This document shows, piece after piece, positions 29,453 through 39,483 of a DNA stretch of 64,000 bases. How positions within the stretch are numbered: position 1 is the stretch's first letter; each line of letters starts with the position of its first letter. The stretch comes from a virus. A model generated the notes under the pieces. That model was not told the DNA's origin. It did no database searches and worked only from the letters and a program-made list of their open reading frames with translations. The stretch covers positions 31,931 through 95,930 of the IMG/VR virus record IMGVR_UViG_3300027861_000016. One strand, written 5' to 3'. The translations under genes and the position numbers were made by a program.

Positions 29453-29684
29453 CTAAAACTTATAAACAATGAAGAAAAGAAATAAAGAAACACAAGCTAT
29501 AATAGGCTTTACAATATCAATATTATTATTCATATCAACAATAGCATGTATAACTTATAATGTATGAGACAAAGACTAAGAACACCTGAACCGAAATGTA
29601 TCTATTCTACTAACCCAATAGAATTATCTGGTAGAAAACAATTACAAATAGCTACTAACACTTTAAAACAAGAAAGGATAAGAG

Positions 29685-29879
29685 ATGAACGAAGACAATC
29701 AAACAAGACTAGACAAGTTACAAAAGTTGAATGCAAATATCCTGGACAATCTAAAAGACTTGAAAGATTTAAAGGATCTAACAACTCAGAAGATGTGCAT
29801 GAGCTTATCATCGGTTTCTAAAGAACTAAATTCTCTAATTATAAAAGAAATTACAGGAGATATAGAAGATGAAAGTTGA
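29685..29879 (+). CDS. Small coiled-coil hypothetical protein
   Basis: Heptad Leu pattern; overlaps the start of the next gene. Confidence 0.5.
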   Translation: MNEDNQTRLDKLQKLNANILDNLKDLKDLKDLTTQKMCMSLSSVSKELNSLIIKEITGDIEDES

Positions 29880-31050
29880 AAATTTAATAGAAGGAGAGTA
29901 TTATTACTGTGATTGGGATGGTTTTTCTCACATTTTTGAATGTAAATATAATGGAGCAAGTATTGATATTGATGATAATAGATTTACAGATAGATGTTGG
30001 AAATTTTGGGAAATGAAGGCTACAAACATAAGACCAGTAACTAAAGATGAAAGAGAATGGTTAGATTTATGTATAAAAGAAGGAAAGTTTGTAGATAAAC
30101 CTGATAAGATTAAAGAAGGATTTAAAGTTGATGATTGGGTTGAACATATTGATAGTTCAGATCCGAAACCAGAACAAATAATAGGATTTCATTCAAATGG
30201 TTGTTTGTCTTTAAAAGGAAAGAAAAGAGAACATTGCTATATAAAAGATTATAGACTAGCAACTCCTGAAGAAATAGCTAGTGTTGAGAAGTCTAAGTTT
30301 GAAATAGGTAAGTGGTATAAACTCAAAAATTCATCAGGAACCAAGTTTCTAGGATATATTGATAAAAAGAATCATTACTATGGGTTTGGTCCTACAGGTA
30401 AATGGATTGAATCTGACTTAGTAAAACCAGATCATTCTAAATATATACAGGCAACTGACTCTGAGGTGAAAGATCGTTTACTGTTTTATGCTAAAGAGAA
30501 ATATCCTGTTGGGAGTTTCTATAAATGTTTTGTAAATAAAGATAAATGTGAAATAAGATTTGATGATGTACAATTTACAGATAATTTGGACGGGATTGTG
30601 GATTCTGATATAGGTTATATTTATCATGATGGAAAATGGGCAGAGATAGTAGAAGAATCTAAACCTAAAAATGATACTTGGTGTATACAAATTACTAAAG
30701 AGAATAGAGAAGTAGTTAAGAAGTGGTATGCTCGTACTAACCCATCATATAATATAGGTGCTTACTACGGTCTTAAAGAGAATGTAAAACATGCAAGAGG
30801 TAGTAACATGGTTCCTTGGACAAAGGATGATATTATATCAACTGAAGAGTTCTATAAAAAGATAGGACATGTTCCACCATCATTTGGTGAAAATCCTTGT
30901 AAACAAGTAGCTGTAGATTCATTAAAAGATGACTATCCAGTAGAAATATATGGAGGATGTAATGATGATGGAGCTTTAGATGATTTCATGAAAGGTCAAG
31001 AAGTTGGTAGAGTAAGAAAAAGAAAGAGATTTAATCCTCCAAAAATTTAA
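29869..31050 (+). CDS. Modular hypothetical protein built of repeated small beta-domains
   Basis: FKVDDWV, FEIGKWYK, AKEKYPVG and WCIQITKEN modules. Confidence 0.6.
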   Translation: MKVENLIEGEYYYCDWDGFSHIFECKYNGASIDIDDNRFTDRCWKFWEMKATNIRPVTKDEREWLDLCIKEGKFVDKPDKIKEGFKVDDWVEHIDSSDPKPEQIIGFHSNGCLSLKGKKREHCYIKDYRLATPEEIASVEKSKFEIGKWYKLKNSSGTKFLGYIDKKNHYYGFGPTGKWIESDLVKPDHSKYIQATDSEVKDRLLFYAKEKYPVGSFYKCFVNKDKCEIRFDDVQFTDNLDGIVDSDIGYIYHDGKWAEIVEESKPKNDTWCIQITKENREVVKKWYARTNPSYNIGAYYGLKENVKHARGSNMVPWTKDDIISTEEFYKKIGHVPPSFGENPCKQVAVDSLKDDYPVEIYGGCNDDGALDDFMKGQEVGRVRKRKRFNPPKI

Positions 31051-31094
31051 GTAATTAATAATTTTTAGTAAATAATAATTAAAAGTAAAGTATT

Positions 31095-31559
31095 ATGTCA
31101 AAAGAAAACAAATCAGTAGTAGAAGTAGTAAGTGAGTTTGCATTAGTAAAGAAAATAATGGCTACATTGAAATTAGATGATGCTGGTAAAATGGATAAGT
31201 TCTTTAAAGGTGAAGTAAGAACATGTAATGATATTATTACACAGTTTAAAGCAGATATGTCTGGAGATACATTGCAACACGATATAGATCAAAGTAAATT
31301 AGACAGAGCTATTGAGGATGCTATTGAAGCAGTAGACCAAGCTTACCAAGCTGTTACACCTGAGAATATTGTTAATAATGCAGCTTGTACTAAGTTTAGT
31401 AGTGTGTATTGGGCTAATATTACTAGAGCAGAACATAGTTTAGATAGATTAACAGAAGATAAAGAAGAGGATATAAAAATGTATGAAGAAACAAAGAAAG
31501 AGAATCTAGAACAAATAGAGAAATATAACGCTAGAATAGTAAAGATTTCTAAGAAATAA
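31095..31559 (+). CDS. Coiled-coil hypothetical protein
   Basis: 154 aa helical. Confidence 0.6.
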   Translation: MSKENKSVVEVVSEFALVKKIMATLKLDDAGKMDKFFKGEVRTCNDIITQFKADMSGDTLQHDIDQSKLDRAIEDAIEAVDQAYQAVTPENIVNNAACTKFSSVYWANITRAEHSLDRLTEDKEEDIKMYEETKKENLEQIEKYNARIVKISKK

Positions 31560-31569
31560 AAGAATGGTT

Positions 31570-31647
31570 AGTAAACAGGCGTAATGCGGAATTGGTTCCA
31601 AACCCTATTATAGGTCGCTTATCCAGGTTCGAGTCCTGGGTTTACTT
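31570..31647 (+). ncRNA. tRNA-like RNA with non-cloverleaf interior
   Basis: AGTAAAC/GTTTACT acceptor and CCAGG-TTCGAGT-CCTGG T-arm; interior AGGCG/CGCTT helix encloses two small hairpins. Confidence 0.7.
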
Positions 31648-31798
31648 CGAAAAGTATTAATTAATAAAACTAAAAGATATGAGTTATACTAAAGAACAAG
31701 TAGAATCACTAATAGTTAAATTCAAAGGAGATAATTTCAAGCATTTATATATGACTATTGCTCAATTACAAGAATGGTTTACTAAAAACTTATAGATT

Positions 31799-32986
31799 AT
31801 GAATGTGCAACAATTGATAGAACAACTTCAACAATATCCTAAGAATATGGAAGTAAAGGTTCATAATGGATTAGTTGATGATTGGCAACTGTTTAATCTT
31901 ACTAGATATAGATTAGAAAGATGGGATGAGAATTTTATCTATAAAATGGCTATGCGTCAATGTTTAGATAGAGATAAGAATACTGAACTTCCTTTTAGAA
32001 TTAAAAAACAAGTATGGGAATATTCAGAGTCTTGCAGTGAGAATAAGAATAAAAAGTATAAAAATATATTATTACTTACTCCTATACCAAGAGGTATAAC
32101 TTCATCAGATAGATTAGGAACAATAGATTATTAATTAGAACAACATGAAAGAATTCTTTAAAATTAAGTATTATTTAACATCTTGGGAATATATATTAAA
32201 AGATTCCAGTAGATTACATTACGATAGAATATTAACAAATAAGTCTTCAAGAGGAGATCATTTGTATAGTTTTATAGTTACTAAAAGAACATGGTTAGAT
32301 AGAATACCTTTCTTTAAAATAGAAGATAGAAGGTATCAAGAAGAAGTATGGTTAGCTAAAAGTAGTTATCCATTTGTATCTGGTCAAGAATTAATAGGAT
32401 TTACATTCAAAGAAGATATTAGAGTATATTAAAAGATAAAATAGTTAGTTTAAATTAGGTTGTAATCCCAGAGAAGTAGTTAGCTCTGGGATTTTTACTT
32501 TAAAACAGATGATATGAAGAAACTAGATAAGAAAGAGATAGATTTTATAATAAATCTATTAAAGACAACAGGACTAGAACATGAAATAGAAGGAACAGTT
32601 GAAATTACCTTCACAGGCGTTCCAAGTGATAAAATACAAGGAGAAACTTGGATGATGAAAGGTAGTTATGCTCAAGGAACAGATAAATTAATAGCAACTG
32701 TAATAGACTTTGATCTATCTAGTTCAAAAATAGAAATACCAGATGAATTTTTAAACAGTTATGAGATATGAGAAAAGAAGTAGAAGTAGATGGAAATAAT
32801 TTCATAGTTCAATATGATTTCCAACCAGAAGAAGTACCTGAAACAGGACCAGAAGCACAATATCCTGGATGTGGAGCAGGTATAACAATTGAAGGTATTA
32901 TTTATAAAAGTGTAGATGTTTCGGAGATAATAGATGAGTATTTATATGATAGAATAGAAGACTTACTTTGGGAGGATCATAGATGA
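31799..32986 (+). other. Hypothetical ORFs 31799-32134, 32145-32432, 32514-32771, 32768-32986
   Basis: Co-oriented ORFs; terminator hairpin at 32464-32496. Confidence 0.55.
32464..32496 (+). terminator. Intrinsic terminator
   Basis: AATCCCAGAG/CTCTGGGATT then TTT. Confidence 0.7.
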
Positions 32987-34908
32987 GGAAGGAATTCATA
33001 GTATATGATATAGAAACATATATGCATTGTTTTATCCTTGTTGCTTATAACATCAATACTAACGTAATATATGTATTTGAAATATCTAAGAGAAAGAATG
33101 AACTAAATGTGATAAAGAACTTTATCAAGACTAATAGTAACAATTACTTTGTTGGTTATAATAATATTGAGTTTGATTATCCTATAGTACATTGGATGTT
33201 AAGTCATGAAACAATAGAATCACATGATATTTATTATAAAGCTCAAGATATAATTGAAGCTGAAGTTAAATGGCATATAGTAATACCAGAGTATAAGCAA
33301 AAATGTAAACAGATAGATCTATACAAGATTCATCACTTTGATAATGCAGCTAAAAGAACAAGTTTAAAAGCATTAGAGATTGCTATGAAGATGTCTAATG
33401 TTAAAGATTTACCTTATGATATAGGTCAACCTTTAACTAATGATCAAATTGAAGAACTAATTGCATATTGTAAACATGATGTAAAAGCTACAACAATGTT
33501 CTTCTTTAAATCTAAAAATGAAATACAACTAAGATTTGATCTATCTAAAGAATATGGTTTAAATCTAATAAACCATAATGATCCTAAGATGGGAGAAGGT
33601 ATATTTATGAAATACTTATCTAAGTCTACAGGAAAACCTAGGAAACACTTTGTTGAAAATAATACTCGTAGAAAGTATGTAGATTTAGATGAATGTATTT
33701 TAGATTATATCAAATTCGATACTAAACAATTTCAACTTCTAAATGATTGGTTGAAAAGGCAAAGAGTATATTATACTAAAGGCTTCTTTACAAGACTTAA
33801 ACATGAAAACGTTAAAGAATTGTTACCTTATATGAATAAGAAGCTTGAGAAAGGTTTAATAAAGAATCTAAATGTAATTCATAATGGATTTCAGTATGAT
33901 ATAGGAACCGGAGGCTTACACGGTTGTATAAAAGCAGGTGTGCATGTTGAAACAGAAGAAGAATGTATCATTGACTATGATGTCAGTAGCTACTATCCGA
34001 ATCTTGCTATAGTAAATAAATTTTATCCTGAACATTTGAATGAAACATTTTGTGACATATACAAAATGATTTATGAAATGAGAAAAGCAATACCTAAATC
34101 TGATAGTAGAAATGGTGGATTAAAATTAGCATTGAATGGTACTTTTGGTAAAGCTGGTGAAGAAAACTCTCCATTCTTTGATAATAAATTCTTATTATCT
34201 ATTACTTTAAACGGTCAATTACTTTTATTAAAGTATGTAGAAATGCTAACAAAAGTTGTTCCAGATGTATTAATATTACAAGTCAATACTGATGGTGTTA
34301 CTTTTAAATGTAATAGAAAATATATTGACATTGTTGATAAGATTAGTAAAGAATGGGAAACTCATACAAATTTAGAATTAGAACGTGCTTTCTATAAGAA
34401 AATGGTCATTAATAATGTAAATAACTATCAATCTGAATACACTAACGGTGATGTTAAACTTAAAGGATTATTTGAAGTAAATAAAGCTTGGCATAAAGAT
34501 CATTCTATGATAATTGTACCAATAGCTTTAAAGAAATACTTTATTGATGGTATATCTATTGAAGAAACTATTAGGAATCATGATAATATTTATGACTTCT
34601 GTTTAAGACAGAAATTTAATAAAGGTTTTCAAGGAGAACTACATTCTGTAAATGGTTCAGACATATTAATAGAACCTACTCAAAAGAATACTAGATATAT
34701 AATTTCTAAAACAGGTAAATACTTCTGGAAGAAGAAACTAGAAACTGGTAAACTTTCAACAATCAATGAAAGGATGAAAGTAATTGATTCTAACAATATT
34801 GATGAGACTACTTCAATATCAGATTATAATATTAATTATGATTGGTATATAAAAGAAGCTAGGAAGATACTTAATATTATAGAAGATAAACAACTAACCT
34901 TATTTTAA
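32983..34908 (+). CDS. polB: DNA polymerase family B with 3'-5' exonuclease
   Basis: YDIET, GYN..FD, YCKHDV, DVSSYYP, KLALNG.FGK, NTDG. Confidence 0.9.
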   Translation: MRKEFIVYDIETYMHCFILVAYNINTNVIYVFEISKRKNELNVIKNFIKTNSNNYFVGYNNIEFDYPIVHWMLSHETIESHDIYYKAQDIIEAEVKWHIVIPEYKQKCKQIDLYKIHHFDNAAKRTSLKALEIAMKMSNVKDLPYDIGQPLTNDQIEELIAYCKHDVKATTMFFFKSKNEIQLRFDLSKEYGLNLINHNDPKMGEGIFMKYLSKSTGKPRKHFVENNTRRKYVDLDECILDYIKFDTKQFQLLNDWLKRQRVYYTKGFFTRLKHENVKELLPYMNKKLEKGLIKNLNVIHNGFQYDIGTGGLHGCIKAGVHVETEEECIIDYDVSSYYPNLAIVNKFYPEHLNETFCDIYKMIYEMRKAIPKSDSRNGGLKLALNGTFGKAGEENSPFFDNKFLLSITLNGQLLLLKYVEMLTKVVPDVLILQVNTDGVTFKCNRKYIDIVDKISKEWETHTNLELERAFYKKMVINNVNNYQSEYTNGDVKLKGLFEVNKAWHKDHSMIIVPIALKKYFIDGISIEETIRNHDNIYDFCLRQKFNKGFQGELHSVNGSDILIEPTQKNTRYIISKTGKYFWKKKLETGKLSTINERMKVIDSNNIDETTSISDYNINYDWYIKEARKILNIIEDKQLTLF

Positions 34909-34910
34909 TT

Positions 34911-35296
34911 ATGAAAGAAGAAGAAATATTAGAGAATAATAAGTTGATTGCTGGCTGGATGGATTGTAAATACAGAGCTGATCTAAGTGGTACTATGTAT
35001 AACCATGTATCAGAAACAGAATTGTTTTTACCTTCTAAAGGTATTGTTCGATTTGATACTATAGATGTAGGAAAAGGACCTATAATCAAATACCATAAAT
35101 CTTGGGATTGGTTGATGGAAGTTTGGGGTAAAATTATGAGTATTGATGATTATGCTAATGTGGATGACGATTCTTCTTGGTCAGAGTTTTATATATATAT
35201 ACTGAAGCTGCTCAAGATGGATTATGGGCTTGTAATATATTAGATACTTACAAAGGAATCGTACAATTTATTAAATGGTATAATAAAACCAAATAA
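34911..35296 (+). pseudogene. Conserved phage protein (NKLIA.WM...YHKSWDWLM) frameshifted at a (TA)6 tract
   Basis: The family-like C-terminus IVQFIKWYN lies in another frame and is restored by deleting one TA at 35190-35201. Confidence 0.55.
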
Positions 35297-35403
35297 CTAT
35301 GAACAACTGGATAGAATTTGATAATTGGATGGAATCTGAATTTGAAGATTTAGATCCTATTTAAGTAGAGTAATTTAATAGTATTAATTTTAAAAAGACT
35401 AAA

Positions 35404-36435
35404 ATGTCACATATAAAAAAATATAAAGTAGGAGAAATAAAAGGTATTCTGGAAAAGATTTATAATAATTCAGAACTTAGACGGAATGTAGTACCTTTGT
35501 TTATGTCTGATTCTGGATTAGGTAAGACATATATTATTGAGGAATTTATGAAAGAAAAAGGTGTTTACAAACCTCCTTTCGTGTTATCTCAGAGAATGCC
35601 TTTCGAAGTTAGTGGGATGGCAATGGTCGATAAGGATATAGATAGAATGAAATATTATGACTTTGATTTCTTATTAGACTTAAAAGATGGAGATATTCTA
35701 TTTATAGATGAGACTTATAATGCAAATCCAAATACATTATCTGCATTTCTAACTTTTTTAGAAAGTAGGATAATGATTTCTGGGAAAGAATTACCTGATA
35801 TAATGATTGTAGCTGCGGCTAATCCACAAGGTATGCCCATACTTACACCACAAATCAAGAGAAGATTTCTACAGTATGATATTGAATTTGATAGCAACTC
35901 ATTTAATACGTTCATGTATAATAAGTATGAACTAATTAAACCTATATCAAATAAACTTTGTAGACTTATTAAGGATGAAGATTTTACCGGATATAATTTT
36001 AATACTCCTGCTGATTTAGATAAAGCTGTAGGAATGATCATCAATGATGTACCTACTCCTTATGAAACTGAGATAAAACCAATTCTCTCAACAATCATAG
36101 AGAATAAATTAGGAGGTAAAGTAGAAGATAAAGGTTTAACTGTAGAATCTAATGAAAAAATTACATGGTTAGATTTAATTAGATCTGATAAAGAGATAAG
36201 ATTAGAGGGGCCGGCGAAGGAAGAAGTAACATCTAATACTGATGAAATATTAATATTAAATAAAGATAAAGAAGAGATAGGATCAATTAAAGATATAGAG
36301 GCTTTGAAAATGATGTATCATTTTGATACTGATGATATTATAGATTTGGAAAAAGGCAAAGCAGTCTACTCCTCCTCCCGCCTCACCTCCTTCCAGGGTA
36401 AATGCTGCTTTTTTCAAAAAAAAATAAATAAATAA
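35404..36435 (+). CDS. MoxR/dynein-related AAA+ ATPase
   Basis: SDSGLGKT Walker A, LFIDE Walker B, AAANP sensor, RRF arginine finger. Confidence 0.8.
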   Translation: MSHIKKYKVGEIKGILEKIYNNSELRRNVVPLFMSDSGLGKTYIIEEFMKEKGVYKPPFVLSQRMPFEVSGMAMVDKDIDRMKYYDFDFLLDLKDGDILFIDETYNANPNTLSAFLTFLESRIMISGKELPDIMIVAAANPQGMPILTPQIKRRFLQYDIEFDSNSFNTFMYNKYELIKPISNKLCRLIKDEDFTGYNFNTPADLDKAVGMIINDVPTPYETEIKPILSTIIENKLGGKVEDKGLTVESNEKITWLDLIRSDKEIRLEGPAKEEVTSNTDEILILNKDKEEIGSIKDIEALKMMYHFDTDDIIDLEKGKAVYSSSRLTSFQGKCCFFQKKINK

Positions 36436-36451
36436 CACTAAATTATATGAA

Positions 36452-37462
36452 ATGGAACTATTAAAAAGTAAGAAGTTTAAGTTACCTACCTTATATTACA
36501 TAAGCGATAGAGAAAAAGTGAAAGACATACCTGTTGGTGTACCTTTCATCTTTGGAGAAGAAAGAAATAAAGAATATGTTATTCGATTATTAGAGTATGA
36601 GATTCTATATCAAAAAGCAGTGTCTTCTGGATTACCTTTTAATTTTAGAATGATCTTAGAAGATGAAGGTTATGATGATATGAAAGCATTCGGATATGAT
36701 CATCCTGTTTTCATGGATTATGGAACAGAAGGAGGTGATTATGATATAGATACAATTGAAGTAGAAGATATTACTATGGATATTGGTGAAGAATCAATGT
36801 TCAAAGAGTATGTAAAAGATTCCGCTGCTTATTTAGATGTAACCAAGTTAAAAGACTTAAACGTATTTCCTATTTGGTTAGATGCTATAGAAACTGCTGT
36901 TCATACTAATATTCATAACTTTGCTGTGTACAATAATAATATGTACAATAAGAAGTTAGGAGGAATGTATGGTAGTTTAGAATTAACATCTCCTGATAGA
37001 AATCTAATTATTATAGATATTTCTGGAAGTATTCCTAAAGGTGTATCCTCTACTTGTTTAGCTTTAGCTAAGAATTTAGCTGAGACATTCTATGCGGATC
37101 TTCTAATAACAGGTTCTATATCAACACTTTATCAGTATGAGAACTTACATGAATTAGATATTACAACTATCTATGAAGTAAATGGGATGAATAATGATCA
37201 GATCCATTTCAAAAAGCTTCTTACAGAAACTAAGAGACATTATAGAACAGCTATAGTATTTGGTGATAATGATCATCCTGGATGGAATTGGTCTGGTGCT
37301 AAAACCATTAGTGATAAAGAGGGTAAAAAGTTATGCCAATGGGAGATAGATAAACTTATATCATTTCATACTGGAGGAGTAAAACATTTAGCAGGATATA
37401 GTAGATGGTTTAGTCCAGAAGAAACTACCAGAATTGATAACTGGGTTAAATACCTTAATTAG
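36452..37462 (+). CDS. vWA (MIDAS) domain protein
   Basis: LIIIDISGSI (DxSxS), later IVFGD; partner of the upstream AAA. Confidence 0.7.
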   Translation: MELLKSKKFKLPTLYYISDREKVKDIPVGVPFIFGEERNKEYVIRLLEYEILYQKAVSSGLPFNFRMILEDEGYDDMKAFGYDHPVFMDYGTEGGDYDIDTIEVEDITMDIGEESMFKEYVKDSAAYLDVTKLKDLNVFPIWLDAIETAVHTNIHNFAVYNNNMYNKKLGGMYGSLELTSPDRNLIIIDISGSIPKGVSSTCLALAKNLAETFYADLLITGSISTLYQYENLHELDITTIYEVNGMNNDQIHFKKLLTETKRHYRTAIVFGDNDHPGWNWSGAKTISDKEGKKLCQWEIDKLISFHTGGVKHLAGYSRWFSPEETTRIDNWVKYLN

Positions 37463-37513
37463 AATTAAAAAAGTAATAAATAAATTAGTAATCAAATTTT
37501 AAATATAAATATT

Positions 37514-38008
37514 ATGACAATTTTCGTAACAGCAACAGAATTAGAATTAGTAGCAGGTGGATATGTATCAATCAAAGGTGAGAAAATCAACCCAGTAAGT
37601 AATGAAGAGTTTGAAACAGCACAAAAACAAGCTGAGTATATAATTACTTTAGCTGAGAAAGCTAAAGGTAAAGATCTTGTAGGTAAGAAAGCAGATACTA
37701 AAGAAAGTATTATAGCTGAGGTTGATAAAGCTCTTGCTGATAAAGCAACAGTATTTGTATCGAAACCTAAAGAAGTTAAACAAGAATTAACTGAGAAGTT
37801 AAAAGCTGAAGCATTAGCATTTATTGATTTCAAAGGAAACTCTGGTAAAACAGAGAAAATTAATGCATTCTTACAACAATTCAATATCTTAAAGGAATTT
37901 GAAGAATTTGGGTTATTCTTTGAACCTAAAGTAACTAAATTGAATAAGATTTATACACTTGATGAAGTTATTGTAGCAGTAACAGAAGTAATTGATATTT
38001 TAGACTAA
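37514..38008 (+). CDS. Helical hypothetical protein, probably highly expressed
   Basis: Ala/Lys/Glu-rich; followed by terminator 38031-38060. Confidence 0.6.
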   Translation: MTIFVTATELELVAGGYVSIKGEKINPVSNEEFETAQKQAEYIITLAEKAKGKDLVGKKADTKESIIAEVDKALADKATVFVSKPKEVKQELTEKLKAEALAFIDFKGNSGKTEKINAFLQQFNILKEFEEFGLFFEPKVTKLNKIYTLDEVIVAVTEVIDILD

Positions 38009-38030
38009 TTAAACTAATTTTTAACAAACC

Positions 38031-38060
38031 AAAGCCGGGTATATCTATATCCGGCTTTTT
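38031..38060 (+). terminator. Intrinsic terminator
   Basis: AAAGCCGGGTAT...ATATCCGGCTTTTT. Confidence 0.75.
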
Positions 38061-38070
38061 AATTTAATTA

Positions 38071-38469
38071 ATGATGGAAAATAACAACTTAGAAGTAGCC
38101 CTAACCAAAGAAATATGTTTTATCTGTGGCAATGAAGTAGATGGTCCTATAGTTATGAATAAAATTTTAACTAAAGAACATGCAGATCAAGCTAAAAAGT
38201 GCCATAATAAAGTTATAGGTTTTACAGAAGAACCTTGTAATGAATGTAAAAAGAACATGGAAAAAGCATTCATGATTATAGGGTTTGATGAGGATAAATC
38301 TGACTTAACTAATTTACCAGAAGGGTTTTATAGAACTGGTGCTATTATAGGAGTTAAGAAAGATATACCACTAGTTCAAGAATTTATCAAAGAACAACAA
38401 CCACAAGCAATAGAAAAAGGATATATATTTATGCCAGAATTAGTAATGGCTCAACTAAACTTAATTTAA
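38071..38469 (+). CDS. Zinc-binding hypothetical protein
   Basis: CFICG...EPCNEC...RTG. Confidence 0.6.
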   Translation: MMENNNLEVALTKEICFICGNEVDGPIVMNKILTKEHADQAKKCHNKVIGFTEEPCNECKKNMEKAFMIIGFDEDKSDLTNLPEGFYRTGAIIGVKKDIPLVQEFIKEQQPQAIEKGYIFMPELVMAQLNLI

Positions 38470-38474
38470 TTAAT

Positions 38475-39230
38475 ATGAAAAAGCAAATAGAAGCAGTAAT
38501 AGAATATTTAAAAGAACAACCTATTAAAGGAGTAATAACTGGTAGTTGTCTACTAGGAGAATATTGGTCGGGGATGGACGTAGATTGCTTTGTATATGAT
38601 GAGAAGTCATTTAATAAAGTACTATTCGCAATGCATCATAATCCTATGTTTCAGATACTTGATCCTTTGGAATTATGGAAATTCAACCAATTCATTAATA
38701 AAAATGGTGATCCTTTTAGTAAGCATGGAGTACTTACAATCAAATTTACTTACAATACAACCATACCTGTAAACATAATACTTAAAAGATCTTGTTATAA
38801 TATATTTTCTGTATTATCTAGTTTTGATTTTAATCTAATATCAATTGGTTACGATATAGAAACTAAACAGACATTAGATCTATCTGAAGATTCTATAAAA
38901 ACTAAAGTCGTAGGTTTTAATAAATGGAATACTTCTTTCTATGATCCAACTTTATGGAAGATGAATAGAATGTTGAGACAACTTGATAGGGCTTTCAAGT
39001 ACTATAGAAGAGGCTTTGACACTGATAATGTAGTACTTAAGTACATTGAACTGATTGATAAGATTCAAGCAACAACAGATATATTTAATTCAGAGAATTA
39101 TAGTGCTAAACTTAAAATCAATAAGAATAACACTAAGATCATAAGAAAGATCTGTGAAGTATGGTTAGATACTCATGAAATAACTGATAAAGAAATTGAA
39201 TTACTAAAAGAAAAACTTAGAGAAATATAA
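38475..39230 (+). CDS. Pol-beta superfamily nucleotidyltransferase
   Basis: hG[S] ITGS, DVD motif, FDFNLISIGYD resembling the class II DFT motif, R..KY..RGF. Confidence 0.7.
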   Translation: MKKQIEAVIEYLKEQPIKGVITGSCLLGEYWSGMDVDCFVYDEKSFNKVLFAMHHNPMFQILDPLELWKFNQFINKNGDPFSKHGVLTIKFTYNTTIPVNIILKRSCYNIFSVLSSFDFNLISIGYDIETKQTLDLSEDSIKTKVVGFNKWNTSFYDPTLWKMNRMLRQLDRAFKYYRRGFDTDNVVLKYIELIDKIQATTDIFNSENYSAKLKINKNNTKIIRKICEVWLDTHEITDKEIELLKEKLREI

Positions 39231-39232
39231 TC

Positions 39233-39436
39233 ATGGGAGAAGAAAAAGTATTTACAATTAAAGACTTATTGAATAGTCTTCAAAATCCAGATAAAGTTAC
39301 ATTACCTAATACTTCTGAAACATGGAACAGAATAGGTAAAAAAGATTCATTCGATGAATTAGGGTTAGAACCTTCTGAATTAGAGACATTTTTAAAGGAA
39401 TGGACAGCCGATAACGATTACGATTCCCTGACCTAA
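39233..39436 (+). CDS. Small acidic hypothetical protein
   Basis: Coupled to the NTase gene. Confidence 0.55.
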   Translation: MGEEKVFTIKDLLNSLQNPDKVTLPNTSETWNRIGKKDSFDELGLEPSELETFLKEWTADNDYDSLT

Positions 39437-39483
39437 TATTAAAATATTTTTGTATATTTGCATTTATTATAAAATATAAATAT

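Noticed and set aside
29564-29821. 85-aa ORF overlapping 29685-29879
   Set aside because: Extensive out-of-frame overlap; the coiled-coil ORF coupled to the next gene is better supported, though a short real gene here is not excluded.
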